This document shows positions 45,758 to 56,126 of a DNA stretch of 64,000 nucleotides, piece after piece (the stretch's first letter is position 1; every line of letters begins with the position of its first letter). The notes below the pieces were generated by a model that searched no databases, was not told the origin of the DNA, and was given only the letters and a program-made list of their open reading frames with translations. The stretch covers positions 12,496 to 76,495 of the forward strand of contig JBGSSS010000208.1 in the NCBI GenBank assembly GCA_041736895.1, given 5' to 3'. The position numbers were made by a program, and so were the translations under genes. This DNA is from Pirellulales bacterium. Lineage in GTDB: Bacteria; Planctomycetota; Planctomycetia; Pirellulales; JALHPA01.

Positions 45758-46612
45758 ATGAAAAACATGCCGCACAGGATATTCTCGATGAACCAATTCT
45801 CGTTTCTTTCGCGAAGAAAGACAGTTGCGCTGGCGGCAGTCACGGCTGCTTTCTATCTGTCAAATGGCCGCGAGACGCTGGCGCAGCAAGTGACGATCGG
45901 CGCGCCGATGACCAACTCCGGCACGAGCTTTCAGGAGAACATCGGGATCGGCTGGGGCTTCAACATTCCCACGAGCAATCCAGCAGCCGGCGGCCGCGGC
46001 GTCGTTGGCATGGGGCCTAACGGACCGCAACAAGGGATCGGCTTTGGTTTCGGTGGTCCAGCCAACGTGCCGTTTGGTCTCGGGAATCAGAATCCGGCCA
46101 ATCTTGGATTTCAAATCAATGGCGGGAACGGCGGACGCTTGGGCTTCAATATTTTTGCCGAGCAAGGAGCCAGCACGACTCTCACGAGCCAGACGCCGAT
46201 GCTCACCGTGATGAACGGCCAGCAAGGGTTCTTTGCCTCGACCATCCAACGGCCTTTTGTCACCGGCTTGATTCCCGTCGTTAGTGATGGCGGCGTGGGT
46301 TACGCGCCGACGGTTGTCTATCCGAGCATGTCGATTCCTTGGCCGAATCCCAACAATGGTCAAGGCGGCACGAGCGTCGTCAACGAACGCTGGACTCGGA
46401 TCATGGCGAACGAATCCGCGCGTGCTCCGCGCCGCGATTCGCCAGCACCGGCTCCCGTGGCCGCCGCACCAGCAGCGCGCGCTTCTGGCCGCAGCAGCGC
46501 CGAACGCGGAGCGCCAAGCCTGGTCGAGATTCGCCGCGCGCAAGCCGCCGAAGAAACCGCGAAAGAGCAGACTCCGCCGCTCAAGCAAAAACGCTTGCGG
46601 CTCGAAGAGTAG
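45758..46612 (+). CDS. Hypothetical secreted Gly/Pro/Asn-rich protein
   Basis: 284 aa with a signal-like N-terminus, a low-complexity G/N/P core and an Arg/Ala/Pro-rich tail. Confidence 0.45.
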   Translation: MKNMPHRIFSMNQFSFLSRRKTVALAAVTAAFYLSNGRETLAQQVTIGAPMTNSGTSFQENIGIGWGFNIPTSNPAAGGRGVVGMGPNGPQQGIGFGFGGPANVPFGLGNQNPANLGFQINGGNGGRLGFNIFAEQGASTTLTSQTPMLTVMNGQQGFFASTIQRPFVTGLIPVVSDGGVGYAPTVVYPSMSIPWPNPNNGQGGTSVVNERWTRIMANESARAPRRDSPAPAPVAAAPAARASGRSSAERGAPSLVEIRRAQAAEETAKEQTPPLKQKRLRLEE

Positions 46613-46645
46613 TGATGGCTTCTGCCCACGCGTGAAAAGACGCGT

Positions 46646-47758
46646 TTATTGCCCGGTCGTTCCGCTCAAGATCCGGTCGCGATACATTATCAATCCATGC
46701 GCTGCATGGTACAATCCGCCGCAATCGAGCGGCACATCGCGGGCTTGGTCCATGAGCGTGACCAATCGATCGCACGCCGCGACCATCCAGGGCTGACGCA
46801 ACTCTTCATCGCTCATCGAAGAAACAAGAAATTCAAAGATGTGGCCAGTCGTGCCGACTTGATCCGAGATGTCGGCGACCATCCCAGGCCGCGTAAAATA
46901 GTGGCCTGAAAAGGTGCCGTCGCGATTTTGAAACTTGTCGCGGCAAAGTCTCTTGTACTTTTGCACGGTGTCATCCGCGACTCTCCACCCACCCGTCAAT
47001 TGCTCTGGCTTGAGGTTGTCGTTCATCAATTTCTGATTCACAGCCATCGCGAGCGCGTAAAGCCGATGCGTTCCGCCGCACGAGCCGCCGACGATGATGG
47101 CGTTGGCTTCATTGCCTTCCATTCCCGCGAGCCGCTCCGCGGTCCATGTTTCGCCGTTGCGGCTCGTCCAAGATTTATCGAGATCCCAGTAGTTCGGATT
47201 GCCTACGGCCATCAATGTCCACGATGCTTCCATCCCCGGCGTGAGATCCCATTGCGCTTGCGTGAGGAGATCGTTAAGCGTGTATTGCTTGTTGCCCACA
47301 AAAATCTGGGTACTGGGATCGAGCCCTGTCTGCGAGAGATAACCGAGCCATTGATCGGGATGGCCTTGGCCTGTCTTCGAACCGATTTCGACCGGCACGA
47401 CGACGCCACGATCGCCAGGACGCAGATTCCAACCGGTAAGCGTGTTGCCGTCGCACAGCCACTGGAGTGCGGGAACGAGCTTCCCCTCGTGCTCGATTTC
47501 TAGCTTATCTCCAAATGGCAGGAGGGCGTGCACAATCTGCCACGCCGCATGATCCTTGGTGTTCAGCCGGCGCTGGTTCAGCGTGTGATCGAGTACGCGA
47601 TCGATCCGCTCGCGCAGTTGGTCCTCCTTGGGGAGTTGCTCGGCCGTGAAAACCGGCGCGGGCGAGTCGGTTTCCTTCTTTTGACATCCGCCAAGCGACA
47701 GCAAAACAGCCGTCAGCAGCAGGAACGGCAGCGAAAGTCGCGACGATAATAATTGCAT
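46646..47758 (-). CDS. Hypothetical lipoprotein
   Basis: A lipobox reads LLSLGGC-QKKE after M at 47758. It is 370 aa with no family recognised. Confidence 0.5.
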   Translation of the reverse strand: MQLLSSRLSLPFLLLTAVLLSLGGCQKKETDSPAPVFTAEQLPKEDQLRERIDRVLDHTLNQRRLNTKDHAAWQIVHALLPFGDKLEIEHEGKLVPALQWLCDGNTLTGWNLRPGDRGVVVPVEIGSKTGQGHPDQWLGYLSQTGLDPSTQIFVGNKQYTLNDLLTQAQWDLTPGMEASWTLMAVGNPNYWDLDKSWTSRNGETWTAERLAGMEGNEANAIIVGGSCGGTHRLYALAMAVNQKLMNDNLKPEQLTGGWRVADDTVQKYKRLCRDKFQNRDGTFSGHYFTRPGMVADISDQVGTTGHIFEFLVSSMSDEELRQPWMVAACDRLVTLMDQARDVPLDCGGLYHAAHGLIMYRDRILSGTTGQ

Positions 47759-47959
47759 GAAACACCAGGGCGAGCGGTTCGCAATACGGCGAAATTCGGC
47801 TCGTGCGACGCACATAACCGGAACAATCCGACCGAACTCTTGCGGAACCCCGAAAATGGAAAGCTGTAGCGGTCGGGCAAACTTGAGAAACCCCGGCCAA
47901 TCATACGATCTTAGTTTGTAGATTCCGGCGCGTCCATTGGCCGCCGCTTTCCATTACTA

Positions 47960-47990
47960 CAAAGCCAAGGGATTTATTCCCTTGGAGGAT
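47960..47990. repeat. Variant hairpin AAAGCCAAGGGATTTATTCCCTTGGAGG
   Basis: It has the same architecture as the AAAGCCCAGGGG family, but with a fully covaried stem. Confidence 0.75.
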
Positions 47991-48002
47991 CGTCGATTGT
48001 TC

Positions 48003-49199
48003 ATGTCCCAGACCAGTCCCTTCACGACCGAGCGTTCGCAAACCGCGCCGGAAATCGCGCTGCGCGGCGTCCTCGTCATCGAAGACGATCCCGGTGTTGC
48101 TGACTTGCTTGCCGATTTGCTCCATGAGTCGTTTGGCGCTGGGGTTCTGATCGAACAGGCGCGCGACTTAAACGCCGCGCGTGCAGCGTTGCAGTATGCC
48201 GAGCGCTACGATTTGGTGCTTGTCGATCAGGTTCTGCCCGACGGACTCGGCTGCGATTTTCTGCGCGAAGGTTCGCAGCAGTGGCCGCAACTGACTTGGA
48301 TCTTCGTCACTGGCCAGGGTAGTGAATCGCTCGCCGTGCGGGCGTTTCAATCCGGCGCGCGCGACTACATTGCCAAACGAAATCTCGATGGCCTGGAACT
48401 GGGCCACACAATCCGCCGAGCGTTGAAGCAGTCACCGCGTGCGAAAGTTTCACAACCGAACCCGTCGAGCGATATCGACCACCATCTCCGCGCGCTATCG
48501 CACGACATGGGGGCGAATCTGATGCTCATGACGAGCACCGTCGATGTCCTCAAACAAGACGACGCGCCCGCGTCGCCGACGATCACCCGCGAGGGAATCG
48601 CGCACCTCGAGGCCTGCCTGCGCCAATCGAACAAGTTCATCGGCGACTTGGTGACGCTCGCGCGCTCGGGCACAATCGAGATGGAACCCGAGTTGGTGAA
48701 GCCCACGGAAATCGCGGCGCAGGTTCAATTTGAACAGCGCCGGCTATTGGCCGAACGCGACATCGAGTTTCTGATCGAAGAAGACCTTCCGCCGGTCATG
48801 GTCCACCCCGGCCGCTTGAAGCAAGTGCTGACGAATCTGGTCCGTAATGCCGCGCGGCACGGTTGCGCTGCCGTGAAGCCGCAGATCGTGATTCGCTCGA
48901 GCACTGATCCGCGCACCCCGTTGCCCGCGGATTGGCCGCTCGGGGAAGATGACTCGCGTCCCGCGATAGCTGCCGGCAAGCCGGTTTGGCTTTGCGTCTA
49001 CGACAATGGCGCAGGCATCCCGGCCGAGCAGCGCGAAGAAATTTTCATCGCCGGCAAACGTCTGCCCACGGCGCATGCCCAAGGCACCGGCATGGGCTTG
49101 GCCATCGTCAAGAAAATCATCGACCACTACGCGGGCCGGATTCTTGTTGATCCGCGCACAACTGGCACGGCGATGTTGTTTTCCTTGCCGGGGGCGTGA
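48003..49199 (+). CDS. Hybrid receiver-histidine kinase (N-terminal REC, HisKA-like, HATPase_c)
   Basis: The REC domain reads VLVIEDD...DLVLVDQVLPDG. The H-box reads LRALSHDMGANL. The ATPase boxes read NLVRNAARHG...DNGAGIP...GTGMGLAIVKK. Confidence 0.8.
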   Translation: MSQTSPFTTERSQTAPEIALRGVLVIEDDPGVADLLADLLHESFGAGVLIEQARDLNAARAALQYAERYDLVLVDQVLPDGLGCDFLREGSQQWPQLTWIFVTGQGSESLAVRAFQSGARDYIAKRNLDGLELGHTIRRALKQSPRAKVSQPNPSSDIDHHLRALSHDMGANLMLMTSTVDVLKQDDAPASPTITREGIAHLEACLRQSNKFIGDLVTLARSGTIEMEPELVKPTEIAAQVQFEQRRLLAERDIEFLIEEDLPPVMVHPGRLKQVLTNLVRNAARHGCAAVKPQIVIRSSTDPRTPLPADWPLGEDDSRPAIAAGKPVWLCVYDNGAGIPAEQREEIFIAGKRLPTAHAQGTGMGLAIVKKIIDHYAGRILVDPRTTGTAMLFSLPGA

Positions 49200-49200
49200 C

Positions 49201-49224
49201 GTACGTCAGGCATTCTTGCCTGAC
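49201..49224. repeat. Single REP-like unit GTACGTCAGGCATTCTTGCCTGAC
   Basis: It starts 2 nt after the TGA stop of the kinase. Confidence 0.8.
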
Positions 49225-49421
49225 CATGCGCGGGGTTCATCGCGGCGCCGACTCCGCGCTGCAGATTGCTAAGCGGCAAGCGATGGGTCACACTTACTTT
49301 GATCGAAGAGTTTGCGTCGCTCTTGCTTTTCGCCGCTTGAAACGCATCGCTACTGCCACCGGAAAACTGACTTTGCTATGATAAGTCTTCCGACCTGTCA
49401 TCCTGCAAACCTGTCTCCTGA

Positions 49422-50285
<864 letters not shown>

Positions 50286-50289
50286 AATC

Positions 50290-50676
50290 GTAGCCAAAGT
50301 CGTAAGACTTTGGATGCGTTAGTGCAAGCAAATTACAAGGACAATACTTAGTACACTGATTTGACAGATGGAAAAGATTTAGGGACTATACCAATACCGT
50401 TTTCATCACATCACACAGGTGACTAAAGCTGGGTTTACCCGCAAGAGTCGAATTCACACGCAAAAGTTTCGAATAGATATTAGCAGAAGAATGAAGGCAG
50501 AAGAATATTCCTGAGTCCTTCTCCTGCCTTCATTCTTCTGCCTACTGCCAGACTTTTTAAGCAGCGATAGTTCCGTTTCGCCGAGGAAAACAGTTTCGGG
50601 ATAGGCTCTTACTCTGATCTGCAGAATTCATTTCAGATCAGTGTAAATCCGTCTTATCAGTCGCATCAGTGTCCCA
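50290..50676. repeat. Mosaic of four repeat modules in one 415-bp intergenic gap
   Basis: The modules are the GTAGCCAAAGTCGTAAGACTTTGGA unit (50290-50314), the GCAGAAGAATGAAGG hairpin (50483-50542), GGGATAGGCTC (50598-50608) and the CTGATC/ATCAGTG word element (50611-50676). Confidence 0.85.
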
Positions 50677-50700
50677 TTCGCTTTCTCGAGATTAGATTCA

Positions 50701-52272
50701 ATGCAGCCAATTCTCATTAACGGCCAGTGGCAAAAGTCGCAATCGAGCGGTTCGTTTCAAGCCGAAAACCCTGCGGCAATGACGGCACTGCCCGAGCAAT
50801 TCCCGATCAGCACCTGGGCCGACATCGATGCGGCGCTCGCGGCGGCGACAACGGCCGCGGCGCAGTTGAACAAGGTCTCGCCGGAGCGAATCGCCGCGTT
50901 TCTCGACGACTACGCGGCGCGAATCGAAGCCCGCGCGGATGAGGTTGCGGCGCTGGCTAATCAAGAATCGGGCTTGCCCGTGAAGCCGCGGCTGCGCGAT
51001 GTCGAGTTGCCGCGCACGGTGAATCAACTCCGGCTGGCAGCAAAGGCAGCGCGCGAGCAATCATGGGCCGCGGCGACGATCGACACCGCTGCGAATATCC
51101 GCTCGTGCCTGGCGCCGCTCGGGCCGGTTTGGGTGTTTGGCCCCAATAATTTTCCGCTCGCGTTCAACAGCATCTCCGGCGGGGATTTTGCCGCGGCGAT
51201 TGCTTCGGGCAATCCGGTCATCGCCAAAGCCAACACGAGTCATCCCGGCACGAGCCGGTTGCTCGGCGAGTTGGCATTCGCGGCGCTGCAAGCAAGCGAC
51301 CTGCCGCCGGCGACGCTCCAATTGATCTATCGCACGAGCCACGCCGATGGCGAACGCTTGATCCGCGATCCGCGCACCGCATCGCTCGGCTACACCGGCA
51401 GCCGCAATGCCGGTTTGGTGCTGAAGCGCGCGGCCGACGAGTTGGGCAAGCCGGTCTACTTGGAACTGTCGAGCGTGAACCCGGTGGTGTTTTTGCCGGG
51501 CGCTTTAGCCGAACGCGGCGCGGCGCTCGTGGACGAATATGCTGGGAGCTGCACGATGGGGGCAGGCCAGTTCTGCACGAACCCCGGCTTGTTTATCGTC
51601 CTCAAAAGTCCCGCCAGCGACGAATTCATCGCCGGGATCGTCAAGAAATTTTCCAGCGCAACGCCTGGGACCTTGCTCACGAAACGCGTGCAAGATTCGC
51701 TCGTCGAGTCGGTGGATGTCTTGCAAAAGGCCGGTGCTGAATTGCTTTGCGGCGGAACCGTCGGCGGCGGGACAGGTTACTCCTTTGTGAATACGTTGCT
51801 ACAAGTCTCGGCCAGCGAGTTTGTACGCAAGCCCGAGGCATTGCAGACCGAAGCCTTTGGCAACGTCGCACTCTGCGTCGTCGCCGACGATGTGGAGCAG
51901 ATCATCGCGGTGATGTCGCACCTCGAAGGAAACCTGACGGGAACGATATATTCCAGCACGTCCGGCGCGGACGAAAAACTGTACGCGGAATTGGAACCGC
52001 TGCTCCGCGCGAAAGTTGGCCGCCTGCTCAACGACAAGATGCCAACCGGCGTCGCAGTGAGTACGGCCATGAACCACGGCGGGCCGTTTCCGGCGACGGG
52101 GCATCCGGGTTTCACGGCCGTGGGGATTCCGGCCAGTCTGCGTCGCTTCGCGGCGCTGCATTGTTACGACAACGTCCGCGCGGAACGCTTGCCGACGATT
52201 TTACAAAATAAGAACCCCACGGGTACGACGTGGCGCATGATCGACGGCGTTTGGTCCACGGCGGATTTGTAG
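50701..52272 (+). CDS. NAD(P)+ aldehyde dehydrogenase, alpha-ketoglutarate-semialdehyde dehydrogenase-like
   Basis: 523 aa with the catalytic-Cys region GAGQFCTNPG and an ALDH fold. Confidence 0.85.
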   Translation: MQPILINGQWQKSQSSGSFQAENPAAMTALPEQFPISTWADIDAALAAATTAAAQLNKVSPERIAAFLDDYAARIEARADEVAALANQESGLPVKPRLRDVELPRTVNQLRLAAKAAREQSWAAATIDTAANIRSCLAPLGPVWVFGPNNFPLAFNSISGGDFAAAIASGNPVIAKANTSHPGTSRLLGELAFAALQASDLPPATLQLIYRTSHADGERLIRDPRTASLGYTGSRNAGLVLKRAADELGKPVYLELSSVNPVVFLPGALAERGAALVDEYAGSCTMGAGQFCTNPGLFIVLKSPASDEFIAGIVKKFSSATPGTLLTKRVQDSLVESVDVLQKAGAELLCGGTVGGGTGYSFVNTLLQVSASEFVRKPEALQTEAFGNVALCVVADDVEQIIAVMSHLEGNLTGTIYSSTSGADEKLYAELEPLLRAKVGRLLNDKMPTGVAVSTAMNHGGPFPATGHPGFTAVGIPASLRRFAALHCYDNVRAERLPTILQNKNPTGTTWRMIDGVWSTADL

Positions 52273-52398
52273 GTGCGGCTGTGCCGCACAAAGAGCAGAA
52301 TCTCCAATTCGAAAATCCTTGCGCAGGCCAGGCCGCTTGGTCCGCGAGATTGGATGTGTTGACAACGTCTTGCGTTTGCCCGGCACAGCCGGGCCTAC
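52269..52398. repeat. REPIN-like doublet, family GTAGGTGCGGCTGTGCCGCAC
   Basis: The arms are 52269-52294 and 52375-52398. Both GTAG heads contain the TAG stops of the convergent flanking genes. Confidence 0.88.
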
Positions 52399-53021
52399 TC
52401 CAAAATCTTCTCGACACGCGCGCTTGCCGCAACACGATAGATCTGCCCCTGCTCGGTCGTGCAGCGGAAGTGCTTGCGAAGCAGCGGGCCTTTGACAAAG
52501 ATTTGCGGCCCATGAAGCTTGAACCGCGTTCCGAGGCGCAGTTCTTCGACTAGCGGTTTCTGATCGCTCGTATCGAACGCACGCAGCGCGCGTTGCAGTG
52601 CCGTGTCGGTGCTCGACGAATAGCTAGGGCTCAGGGAGTACTGATGAATCGCGACGGCCAGGTCCGGCGGGAAGGCTTCGAGTGTGACAAAGTCGGCGAG
52701 CAACTGCCCAAAATAACGCTTCCATACCCGGCCATGCATCGGCACGCGCGGGCCGTGATGAATCACGCTGAGCGCGTGCGCGATCTCGTGCAGGTATGTG
52801 ATTAGGAACTGATACGGATTCGTGCCGCTGTTGACCGTGATCTCGTGAAACTTGCCGCACTGGCTGAGCCGATGATCGCCGTGCTTGCTGCGGCGCGGCC
52901 GCGTCACGCGGACAACGATGGGCAATGTTTCGAGCAACGCCAACGACGCGCGCCACGCGCGCTCGGGCAAATGTTGTTCTATCGCGGGCCATTCCCGGCG
53001 CTGCCGTGCGCGGAGATCCAT
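52395..53021 (-). CDS. SprT-like zinc metalloprotease-domain protein
   Basis: 208 aa with the HExxH motif (YLHEIAHAL). Confidence 0.7.
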   Translation of the reverse strand: MDLRARQRREWPAIEQHLPERAWRASLALLETLPIVVRVTRPRRSKHGDHRLSQCGKFHEITVNSGTNPYQFLITYLHEIAHALSVIHHGPRVPMHGRVWKRYFGQLLADFVTLEAFPPDLAVAIHQYSLSPSYSSSTDTALQRALRAFDTSDQKPLVEELRLGTRFKLHGPQIFVKGPLLRKHFRCTTEQGQIYRVAASARVEKILE

Positions 53022-53070
53022 GGGTTGCTTCCTTGCGAGAATTCAAAACATCCTAAACACAAATAAATGC

Positions 53071-53216
53071 AAATTCAAAATACTAGCCACAGATGGACAC
53101 AGATAAACCCAGATGAAATGCAGAAAGACAAAAGTCAAATTCCACGCCGGTAAACATCTGCATTTGAATTTATCTGTGTCCCATCTGTGTCTATCTGTGG
53201 CCAGTATTCTGCATTT
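53071..53216. repeat. Second copy of the CACAGAT-word MITE-like element
   Basis: The left arm reads AAATTCAAAATACTAGCCACAGATGGACACAGATAAACCCAGATGAAATGCAG. The right arm reads CTGCATTTGAATTTATCTGTGTCCCATCTGTGTCTATCTGTGGCCAGTATT. Confidence 0.82.
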
Positions 53217-53234
53217 GTCTTCTAAGCGATAAGG

Positions 53235-54215
53235 TCACTTCTCGACAATCCAGATGTTGCGAAAACGAACCGGATTGCCGTGGTTTTGCAGATGCAGATG
53301 CCCTGGTTCGGGGGTATCCTTCACCGGAGCAGCACGAGTCGTTCGCGGAATCTCGACGTTGTCATGGATGGTGACCCCGTTGTGTTTCACGGTGATTCTC
53401 GCGGGTTTGGTTTTCTTGTCGCCGTCGTAGGTCGCGGCGGTAAAGTCAATATCGTAAGTCTGCCAAGTCAACGGCGGGAAGCACATATTCACGTCGGGAT
53501 CCCGAATCTCATAGATCCCGCCGCACTCGTTGTTCTTGCCGGCAAGTCCAAACGAGTCGAGCACTTGGACTTCGTAGCGGCCTTGTAAATAGACGCCGCT
53601 GTTGCCGCGCTGCTGTCCACTGTCCGCCGGTTGATAAGGCGTACGAAATTCGACATGCAGGGTACAGTCCTTGTACTTGAGGGTGCTATTCGCGCCCGCG
53701 ATCAACAATTTGTCGTCCGACATCTTCGCACCTGGAAAGGCATCGGCGTTGCTGCCGTCGAACAGCACGATGGCGCCCTGGGGCGGTTTCGCGCCGAGCG
53801 TGGGGCTCTCGCGATGGACTTTTTTGAGGGTGCCGAGTTTTTTTCCTTCGCCATTTTCGATCGTGATTTCCTCGGGCTTGATCACGGCCGTGTAGGCCTC
53901 GCCGCTGATGCGAAGGACGCCGTCCTTGAGTTCACCTTTGCCGTTGTGCGAAGTCCCGCCGCGCTTCCACTCGCCAGGCAAGCCGCCGTCGTAGCCGATA
54001 GCGTAAAACTTGCCGTTGCCCTGGGCGACGACTTGGATGCCGAGTTTTTTCTTCCCTTCTTTGCTGTCAAACTCGCCAAGGTATTCCCCTTGGTAAGCGT
54101 AATCGCTATCGACGTTCTTTGGATCGTCGTAAGTTTTTTTCGGCGGATCGGCAGCAAAGCAAATCGCTTGAAAGCAAAGCAAAGCAAAAACCATCCAGAA
54201 GCGTGTGAAGTTCAT
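53235..54215 (-). CDS. DUF1080 (3-keto-disaccharide hydrolase-like, concanavalin-fold) secreted protein
   Basis: A signal peptide follows ATG 54215. The C-terminus carries the DUF1080 signature (NSGVYLQGRYEVQVLDS...HLQNHGNPVRFRNIWI). Confidence 0.8.
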   Translation of the reverse strand: MNFTRFWMVFALLCFQAICFAADPPKKTYDDPKNVDSDYAYQGEYLGEFDSKEGKKKLGIQVVAQGNGKFYAIGYDGGLPGEWKRGGTSHNGKGELKDGVLRISGEAYTAVIKPEEITIENGEGKKLGTLKKVHRESPTLGAKPPQGAIVLFDGSNADAFPGAKMSDDKLLIAGANSTLKYKDCTLHVEFRTPYQPADSGQQRGNSGVYLQGRYEVQVLDSFGLAGKNNECGGIYEIRDPDVNMCFPPLTWQTYDIDFTAATYDGDKKTKPARITVKHNGVTIHDNVEIPRTTRAAPVKDTPEPGHLHLQNHGNPVRFRNIWIVEK

Positions 54216-54313
54216 CGCGTGATTTCCGTTGAAGTGTGGCAGCGGTGGGTGAACGATTCGGCAGGTTCCGTGATTATGAACCAGCCCCTGAAACCACGCA
54301 ATGGAAAATGGAA

Positions 54314-54343
54314 TCAAAGCCCAGGGGTTCATCCCCTGGGATC
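54314..54343. repeat. Hairpin repeat, AAAGCCCAGGGG family
   Basis: Reads TCAAAGCCCAGGGGTTCATCCCCTGGGATC and sits in a divergent promoter region. Confidence 0.85.
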
Positions 54344-54440
54344 CCCTGCTTTGAAAATAGATGCACATCCCCGCGCCAGCGATTACAATCTGCCCCGGGG
54401 AGCAAGTTATGAATCAAATCATTCATTGAGGAGTGCAGTG

Positions 54441-55940
54441 ATGCAGCTTTGGAATTGGCAGCGAAGTTTCTTGGCACTGGTCATCGTGGCATTCGGCATG
54501 CAAGCGCAAGCTGCGATCAAGCTCCATGGTCTGTTCACCGATCATGCGGTCTTGCAACGCGACATGCCGATTCCTGTGTGGGGAACGGCGGACGACGGAG
54601 AAAAAGTCACCGTCAAACTCGGCGATGAAACGCTCTCCACAACGGCGGAGAAGGGCCGCTGGCTCGTCAAATTCAAACCGCGCCAAGTCGGCGAACCCCT
54701 GACGCTCAAAGCCGAGGGTAAGGAAAACTCTGTCGAGTTCAAGGACATCCTCATCGGCGAAGTTTGGCTCTGCGGCGGGCAGTCCAACATGGAATGGAGC
54801 GTCAATCAAGCCGAGGAACCGGCTAAGATCAAAGCCGGGGCGAATCATCCAAACCTGCGCTTGATCACGATTCAACGCGGCGGCAAGCCCACGCCCGCGA
54901 GTGAACTTCCAGGTCCCAAGAAAAAGATCAAAGTCAAAGACGAATCAGGAAAAGAAATTGACAAAGACGTCGAGGGCGAACCGGCTCCTTGGTTTGTCTG
55001 CACCGAACAAACCGTCGGCCCGTTCAGCGCCGTCGGTTATCACTTTGGCGTTGCGCTGCAGAAGAAACTCGGGGTGCCGGTTGGTTTGATCAATTCCAAC
55101 GTCGGCGGCACGCCGGCGCAGCGTTGGGCCGACTATGAATCGCTCTACGCCGTCCCGGAAACAAAGGCTTATGTAAAATCTGTGAAATCGGGCGACGAAG
55201 TGAAACCCAGCGCGGCCGGCAGCGATCTCTACAACGCGATGATCGCGCCGCTTGCTCCGTACGCTCTCCGCGGGGCGATTTGGTACCAGGGCGAATCAAA
55301 CGCCGGCCAAGCCGAACGTTATCGCACGCTCTTTCCGACGATGATTCAATCGTGGCGAAGAACCTTCGGTCAGCCGGAAATGCCGTTTTACTTTGTCCAG
55401 CTTGCTCCTTACATGGCCAAAACGGATAAGCCTACCGAGAGCGCTTGGGCCGAACTGCGCGAAGCGCAACTCATGACGCTTTCGAAGCTCTCAAATACGG
55501 GCATGGCTGTCATTACCGATGTTGGCAATGAAAAGAATATCCATCCCATCCCGAAGCAACCCGTGGGCGAACGACTCGCACTCGCGGCACTCGCAAAAAC
55601 CTACAAGGAGAAGATCGAGTACAGCGGTCCGGTGTTCGAGAGTCTGAAAACCGACGGCGATAAAGCCATCCTACGCTTCAGCCACGTCGGTCAGGGGCTC
55701 GAAGCTCGTGGTGACAAATTGACCGGCTTCACGATCGCCGGTGAAGACAAAGTCTGGCACAACGCCGACGCCAAGATCGACGGCGAGACAGTCGTTCTCA
55801 CGAGCAGTGAAGTTTCGAAACCCGTCGCGGTACGGTTTGGCTGGGCGAATTACCCTGTTGTCAATTTGTGGAACAAGGACGGCCTCCCTGCGACGCCGTT
55901 CCGGACCGACAATTGGCCGGGGGTTACTGCCGGGAAATAA
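54441..55940 (+). CDS. Sialate O-acetylesterase-like (SASA/SGNH-type) carbohydrate esterase
   Basis: Has a signal peptide and the motifs GEVWLCGGQSNMEW and AIWYQGESN. The 5' two-thirds of the 769-aa track ORF is antisense to the DUF1080 gene and was discarded. Confidence 0.8.
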   Translation: MQLWNWQRSFLALVIVAFGMQAQAAIKLHGLFTDHAVLQRDMPIPVWGTADDGEKVTVKLGDETLSTTAEKGRWLVKFKPRQVGEPLTLKAEGKENSVEFKDILIGEVWLCGGQSNMEWSVNQAEEPAKIKAGANHPNLRLITIQRGGKPTPASELPGPKKKIKVKDESGKEIDKDVEGEPAPWFVCTEQTVGPFSAVGYHFGVALQKKLGVPVGLINSNVGGTPAQRWADYESLYAVPETKAYVKSVKSGDEVKPSAAGSDLYNAMIAPLAPYALRGAIWYQGESNAGQAERYRTLFPTMIQSWRRTFGQPEMPFYFVQLAPYMAKTDKPTESAWAELREAQLMTLSKLSNTGMAVITDVGNEKNIHPIPKQPVGERLALAALAKTYKEKIEYSGPVFESLKTDGDKAILRFSHVGQGLEARGDKLTGFTIAGEDKVWHNADAKIDGETVVLTSSEVSKPVAVRFGWANYPVVNLWNKDGLPATPFRTDNWPGVTAGK

Positions 55941-55957
55941 TCCTTGAGCAAATGGTC

Positions 55958-56000
55958 GAATTCCCTGGGTGAGCCTTCACCCGGGGAATTCTTGTTTCTT
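55958..56000 (+). terminator. Probable intrinsic terminator
   Basis: GAATTCCCTGGGTGA-gcc-TTCACCCGGGGAATTC forms a stem of about 14 bp and is followed by TTGTTTCTT. Confidence 0.55.
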
Positions 56001-56126
56001 CAGGCGTCAAAATACTGCGCAGGCAAGACTTTGCACCTAGCGGTCGCCAAAGATCGCAGAACTTGGTTAGAATAAAAATCTGTGGGGAGAACCGGAATTG
56101 AACAGAATTTTGGGGAGTCGAACGTG

